Origin: Lytechinus pictus | Lineage: Eukaryota | NCBI RefSeq assembly: GCF_037042905.1 | Contig: NC_087246.1 | Coordinates: forward strand, 64,728,001 to 64,792,000 | Reading direction: 5' to 3' | DNA length: 64,000 nucleotides | In this document: piece after piece, positions 58,101 through 64,000 of the stretch | Layout of the letters: every line of letters starts with the position of its first letter | Position numbering within the stretch: the first letter of the stretch is position 1 | Notes under the pieces: generated by a model | The model's database searches: none | Seen by the model: only the letters and a program-made list of their open reading frames with translations | What the model was told of the DNA's origin: nothing | Program-made: the position numbers and the translations under genes

Positions 58101-61100
58101 CTATCTAAGGCTCATCAGTCATTGGTAATGCAGCTATTTAGGGTAAGTCCGATGTGTAGTCCTGCTGGTTAGGGTCTGTGTCATTTTGATTGATATCTGG
58201 CGAAGTATATTTTTTCTTTTGTAATTTAAATGTCTGTTTCGTAGTCATGTTCATAATCATCTACTCAGCAAAATTGTTTGTAGCAGCTTGGTCGTCTAGC
58301 CAACAGTCTAATTTTGATGTTGATATTCACACTATTTGAAACTTTGATTATTTAGATTTTACATTTGGAATGTCAGTATCAACTGATGCCCCCTAAATCA
58401 GATCATTTAGAGTATGATGGGCTTCACACAGCAATATTGTGATGCAATGCACATATATCAAATCTGTTTTAGCGGCCACATGTCTTTAGTGGCAACCAAA
58501 ATTGTCTCCCACTTAAAAGGAATATTTATTTACAGAACCTGTCAATAAAGACCACTTTTCCTCCGTGTACACTTATTCTGTTTCCTTTCGGTGGGCTGAA
58601 TAGTCAGGAGAGTTTTTTGTGAATGGATTTGTCGAACCATTTATCTGACAAAGTCTGTTTTATCTGACAGTCACCATAGTGAACAGTGCTTCTCAACCAA
58701 TGAAATTCGAGGAAAGTTGCCAAACCTGACAACTTGTCAGGCAATATTTTGATGAAATGCTTCCCAGTTTTGACCGTATGAATTTTTGAAAAAAATAGCC
58801 ATTCTGTCTGTGTGCTCCAAACCCTACAGCTCGACGTCCAGATGATGATCAAAGGCACCAATAGGCATCCAGATAAAGGAATCAAGGCTTACCAGCAGTA
58901 CATGGAACACCTCTACCAATCCCAACCACCTCTGGGAGGAGTTGATGCTTTCGCCAAGGGTTACGAAGACTACCTACAGTGCCCTCTTCAGGTTAGAGTG
59001 ACAGCCATCTTATCACCATCTATAACACTCCATATTTCAGGAGTTAATGTTAAAGCTTACTGATCTATTATTCTTCAATTGATATACTTTTTGTTGCATT
59101 TTGAAGTCTTGATAGGGTAGTCAAGTTTACACTGACACTTTCCAATTCATGTTTTCATTTTCAATCTCATTTGCAGCCCTTGTCAGACAACTTAGAATCC
59201 CAGACATACGAGATATTTGAGAAAGATCCTGTGAAGTATACCCGCTACCAGGAAGCAGTCTTCAAAGCTCTGATAGACTCTGTCCCAGAGACACAAAAAT
59301 CAACAACAAAGACGTAAGCCAAGCCATTTTGTTTCGCTAAATTTTGTGTGTTAAGCCAGGAACACATTCATCATTCCTGCGTGTGAAATAAATGCTAAGC
59401 TGTTTTAAAATGCTTTTGTTCTTCAGTCATATCCACCCATTTCCGAATGCGCATGCCCCATGCCAAGTATGAATGTTTTATTTAATATCTAAAGGCTTTA
59501 CTATTCTAATCTATATATAATATACTATTCTCATAATATTATACATATTCTCTGTAGATTGTATTGACAATCTTGCCTCATTCTCACACAAACATGTGTA
59601 ATGCTTCCTAAGAAAATATCACATATAATGGTGAAGAATGTTAATGCAGTTGAAACTTTCTTCTTTCAGTCAAGTATTTGTTTAATCAGTAAAATACAAA
59701 TTTGTAACCTCGTTCAGACACCCATTTCATTCACTCAGTATAATCTCTTTCATGAATTCACCTGCAAATAGTCCAGATTTTATGTGGTTTAGAATAATGC
59801 AGCTTGGCAACAGAAATTGCATTCATGAATTCAGAAAGAGTCCACACGATGTTTTAAATGTGCAATCAGGAAATAGTCTGGCTTATCGTCATGGTAAGTC
59901 ATGCCACAAGAAAAAGCCACATTATTTGAGCATCAAGTTCATGAATTAAAAAAACTGAGATTGGATGCGAGTCCACCTAAAAAGAAGAGTCAAATTATGC
60001 AGCTTACCACTCGACCTTTCATGAATTGAAATAAGCCATATCTGAGCTGCAACCATGAATTCATGGAAGGGTATATATAATAAAAGAAGAGAAACTAAAT
60101 TTTCAGTTTCCCTCATACTTTTGAATCGTCCATATATACTGACAGAGGAAATTCACAAAACATTGCATAGAACTGTCTCTTTCAAGACAATACTTTTTGG
60201 TTTGTCTGTTTCATACTTTTCATTATTTTTCATGTACATGTATGTGTGCAAATGAAATTTATAGTTTTATTTCTTTTAATTTTGTCTTGTCATTTTGCCA
60301 GAATAATAATGGTTCTGGGAGCTGGGAGAGGCCCTCTTGTGACAGCATCATTAAAGGCAGCCGAGCAGGCTGAGAGGAAAGTCCATGTATATGCCGTAGA
60401 GAAAAATCCCAACGCAGCTGTAACGTAAGTAGATTCAGTATTGACACGATTCAAAGGGATTCTACCATGATAAATAATGTGTAATGCCAGTCCTTCCATT
60501 TTGACCAAAACATATGAGCACTCATTTGTACATGCCTCTTTGATACTATGGAATGCTCTTCCTAATGATACAAGTATACATGTTTTCGATAAGTTTCAAG
60601 AATTCTCGAAAGAAAGTATTTGTTTAGCATGTGATGAACTCAGTACCCAACACCCCTGACTTAATGTCTAATTCAATTTCTTCTAATTCAAGTTCACTGG
60701 GACTTAAAAGGATTAAAGTCCATTTTCCCCACTTTGTGGGATTGGACTGTTCATTTCCTTGATGGCTTTCTACCGTACTGTCCTGTCTTTGATAGTTCCC
60801 CACATCTTGCTTGATCTCCCACAAGGAATTCTCCCAGCAACAGAGAAATATAATATTCTCTTGAGCCAGTGGATCTCTTCTCTCCTAGCCACATGACCAT
60901 CACATTTATCTTGAAACAGTACATTTTTTTCCTTGGTGTTTTTTTATCCATATGAAAAGTGATAAATACAACTCATTAAATTTCATGATTTCTTAAAACA
61001 AGACTTTTGTAAACGAATGTTTTTAAATGTTGTTGAATTTACAGGTTATTCACACTGAAGGAGGACAAATGGGGTGATCTAGTAACGGTCGTTCAGACAG

Positions 61101-63134
61101 ACATGAGAGAGTGGAAGGCACCGGTGAAGGCAGATATCATTGTCAGTGAGCTCCTTGGCTCATTCGGAGACAATGAACTCTCACCAGAGTGTCTAGATGG
61201 AGCCCAACCATTCCTTAAAGGTATAAATCAAGCAGGAGATGGATTGTTCATAAGAATTTGCTATAAAATTGCAGGATAATGTCGAAACTGAATTTTCACA
61301 ATTGTATTATTTTCCCCAAGTCATAACCTCACAAAATTATCACTTCAATGTTTGTCTCTTGTGGTAATTAGGACATTTGATAGCAGAATCGTGAAATTAA
61401 CACCTTGAATTCTGCGCTTTTCATAAAGAAACTGCAAAAATATCTCTACAACTAATCAAAAGATTGAGTTGTTCGTCATTTTAACTTTTTAATTTCAGAA
61501 TTCTACAGATTGTTACATTTTTCTTTCATATTAAAAGAGAAATTTCTGCATTTCTTACATCTTGATTTCATCTTTATTGATAAATGGCGTCATAGGTTGA
61601 CTTGTAGCTGATTGATGCCATCTATCTTTTTTATTTTCAAGACTCGTTCCCTGTTCGTATACCATGTATTTGATCAAGACTATCCTGTTTATATTTTGTA
61701 AATTTCAAAAAGAATATTTCATGAGGTAGAATTACTGTCTTCATCCTTTTGCAAAATGACTTTTTTGTGCTTTTCATGTTTTCTATTAACATATCACAAG
61801 AATTTTACTACAAGGAAATTATATACGTAGAAGATTTAAGCATCATAATCACACTTGAATCACTCTTAAAATGAGGTATTTTCATCTTAATCTTAGAAAA
61901 TTATTGCCAAAGATTTGTATTTATGTGAGGAAAGCATTGTCAACTTTCAATATATTTTTGGTTTCTATTTGTTGTTTTAGATGACTGTATAAGCATTCCA
62001 TGTAAATACACCTCGTATCTTAGTCCTCTTATGTCTCATAAACTCTACAATGAAGTCAAGTTATGTAAGGAAAAGGACAAAAATCCAGAAGTAAGTATCT
62101 TGATTTCATCGTCAATATTTTAGCATATGTTCTCACCCTGAAGATTAGAGGTCCAAGCACTGAGCCTTGTAAATTAATCTTAATGTTGGTATAGGATGTA
62201 ATTCATTAGTGTTCAAGCATTTGTTCTCACTCTAAAGAGTAGGGGGCCAAGCATTGAGCCTTGGTGAACTCATCTGTATTTATTGATTAATTTTCATTGA
62301 TTTCTGAGGACTTGTGTTTCATGAAAGCTTTTTATAATTGAATATCTAGGAGAGGACCTCTTTCCAAAACAGCAGGTTGCTTATAAGTCAAGAAAAACTG
62401 AACAGTAAAAATAATTGTAGGTTAAGTTTATTTTCAGTTCATTTAATGTATGTTAATGAAGAAATAATGTTAACAGGCAAAGAAACAAAATGAAATTGAA
62501 GTGATTACTCATGCATTTTTACAGCATTTCCCATGCCTACTAAAATTTTCCAACTGCAACCATTTCTTTTGCAATAGTTTATAAGAAGATTTACTGTAAA
62601 ATGGCAGTGCGATAAAATATGTACATCCAACATCTTACATGTGGGACTTTTCTGAAATGATTTCTCTCTTATTTCTAGTTGATATGAAAGGTTTTAATGC
62701 TCTCATTTATCATTGTTTGAGCAGTTCATGAATTGTAGTGAGAATGGAGTTAACTTGGGGATCAGATGAATAAAAAGTTGATTATTTTATGAAATTTCCC
62801 CAAACCTATGTAATATTCCATTCCTTATGCCTTGCATTATTACATTGAAATGCTTAAAAAGTAATTTAATTGAGAATTGGCTTTAATTTCATCCTCCCCT
62901 AACTGAATTTATCTGATTATCTCCAGGCCCACTTTGAGACACCTTACGTAGTCCGTCTACAGAATGTCACGGTCCTTGACAAGCCGCAATCAGTGTTCAC
63001 CTTCACTCATCCGGCCAAGCTACCGACAGACAACCAAAGATACAAGCATTTGACCTTTGACATCAAGGAGGATGCAGAACTTCATGGGTTTGCAGGGTAT
63101 TTTGATACAGTGCTGTATGGTGACATTATGCTCA
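49200..63134 (+). CDS. PRMT5: Protein arginine N-methyltransferase 5, 3'-partial; join(49200..49285,54863..54981,55583..55800,56714..56870,57979..58142,58830..58991,59177..59313,60302..60424,61045..61220,61981..62090,62927..63134), continues beyond the window
   Basis: [13 protein letters not shown]; [18 protein letters not shown]; [13 protein letters not shown]; [16 protein letters not shown]; [32 protein letters not shown]; [11 protein letters not shown]; VEKNPNA; [21 protein letters not shown]; FETPYVV; LHGFAGYFD. All splice phases are consistent. An alternative in-frame ATG lies at 49188. Confidence 0.97.
49620..51003. repeat. Long polypurine (GAA/GGAA/GAAA) low-complexity tract in PRMT5 intron 1
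   Basis: About 1.4 kb of almost exclusively A/G, interrupted by the SINE at 50061-50248. Confidence 0.9.
50061..50248 (-). mobile_element. SINE with 7SL(Alu-domain)-like head, B-box, Deu/Nin-like core and (AC)n tail
   Basis: Minus strand: CTGGGAGTTGTGGCATGCGCCTGTAATCCAAGCTAC...GAGGTTCAAGCCC...GTCTTTCGGATGGTGATGTTAAA...CAAATACACACACACACAC. A second copy lies at 56901-57029. Confidence 0.8.
51261..52247. mobile_element. Non-autonomous Tc1/mariner-type element
   Basis: TA|TAGTGCGTATCAAAAAAAAAGTTTACACTTTGAAAAA ... TTTTTCAAAGTGTAAACTTTTTTTTGATACGCACTG|TA. No transposase ORF. Confidence 0.9.
52422..52697. mobile_element. hAT-like MITE (same family as 26572-26853)
   Basis: Perfect 8-bp TSD TTTCAGAG at 52414-52421 and 52698-52705; TIRs CAGGTCCGGATCCA / TGGATCCGCCCCTG. 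Confidence 0.9.
54209..54724. mobile_element. Left-truncated TTAA MITE related to family D
   Basis: Internal homology to 48316-48906 and right end CACCCCT|TTAA. The left side abuts a Tc1-like end (GCACCACTG|TA at ~54207). Confidence 0.7.
56901..57029 (+). mobile_element. Second, 3'-truncated copy of the 7SL-headed SINE
   Basis: CTGGGTGTCGTGGTGTGGGCCTGTAAT-GTGGGGAAGTTACAAATTGATGCAGAGGTTCAAGGTTCAAGTCCTGG..GTCTTTCGGATGAAGACGTTA..GACGTAAACAATC, collinear with the reverse complement of 50061-50248. Confidence 0.8.
57391..57424 (-). other. Decayed minimal hammerhead ribozyme motif (Penelope-like element remnant)
   Basis: Minus strand reads C-CTGAAGA-T-GGACAG-TCAAC-CTGCCC-GATA-CGTC. The canonical core is CUGANGA-stemII-GAAA-..GUC. 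Confidence 0.45.
58605..58767. mobile_element. MITE (same family as 23931 and 24843)
   Basis: TTTATCTGACAAAGTC..CAGTCACCATAGT..CCAATGAAA..CTTGTCAG..GATGAAATGCTTCCCAG. Confidence 0.65.
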
Positions 63135-64000
63135 GTGAGTAATCCTGTAAAAAAAATATTCTTATTTAATTATTTGTAAGTCTTCTTTTAGTAGGGTGGC
63201 TCCATCAGTAATTGGTATACTGTTGTCCATGGAGGTCCTACGACAAAAATACAAATATTACAAACATATGAAAAGTAAACAATGTGACATTCAGACAAAC
63301 AATTCAAACAGAAAAAAGAAAAAACATAAAACAACAGAAAGGGCCAGTTTACTAATTAAGGCTATTGTAATGCCAAAATAAAAGACTAAATCAAGAATCT
63401 GACCGAGCATTTCTTAAAAAATGAGCTAAATCATTCCAAGTGGATGCAGCAATAAAAAATAAAAAATTTGTTTACCCATTTCCATTTTGACTCTGGGTAA
63501 AATTACACCTGTGCTTTGTGCACTACATACACATATGTTATATACAGTTTGGGATTGTTTGAGAATATTAAACAAGTAGGCTAGACTCTAGAGTTTTACA
63601 TTTAAAATGATTCCATCTACCTTGGATGGGAACCCATTTTCTATTTTAGTTGGAGTTCTCAGACTGGTTCCAAGGATTACTCTGGCCATTTTTTGTGTTG
63701 TTTGATTGTTACATCTTTAGTATTTTTAGAACACGTTGACTAGGCATTACAACAATATTCAAAATAAATGAGTTCTTGGCATTCATCCTGATAATCAATA
63801 ATCTTGAGTCTTTGTCAAAATGCAATTCCCTGCAAAAAATCCTGTTGAGCTCACAAAGTTATTGATATTAGTTTGATCTGATCCTTTTTCTTTAAGAGTC
63901 ATTCAATGCACAAGTAAATAATGCCACAACAATGTTTCCAATCACGTATAAAAAAATTTCAGTACAGATATACTGAGGTTATTGAAGTTGCTAATACAGA

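Overview
Eukaryotic, AT-rich, repeat-dense genomic DNA. The repeat families and intron style suggest an echinoderm, probably a sea urchin (inference). Four spliced genes could be assembled by hand with consistent GT-AG sites and phases: a 5-exon non-RD protein kinase (+, 15654-23713), METTL9 (+, 27117-36137), RPL14 (-, 41026-47411) and the first 11 exons of PRMT5 (+, from 49200, continuing past the window). The remainder is repeats: a hierarchical tandem-repeat block (1-4922), a 2.8-kb foldback transposon with ~1-kb inverted arms, a decayed CR1-type LINE with an internal inversion, SINEs and many MITEs. The most notable observation is two copies of a SINE in PRMT5 introns whose head resembles the Alu domain of 7SL RNA, fused to a B-box and a Deu/Nin-like core. 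Other highlights are an in-frame 18-nt RPL14 microexon candidate, an intronic H/ACA snoRNA candidate and a decayed hammerhead ribozyme motif. All assignments come from reading the sequence and from remembered family motifs; no database searches were run.
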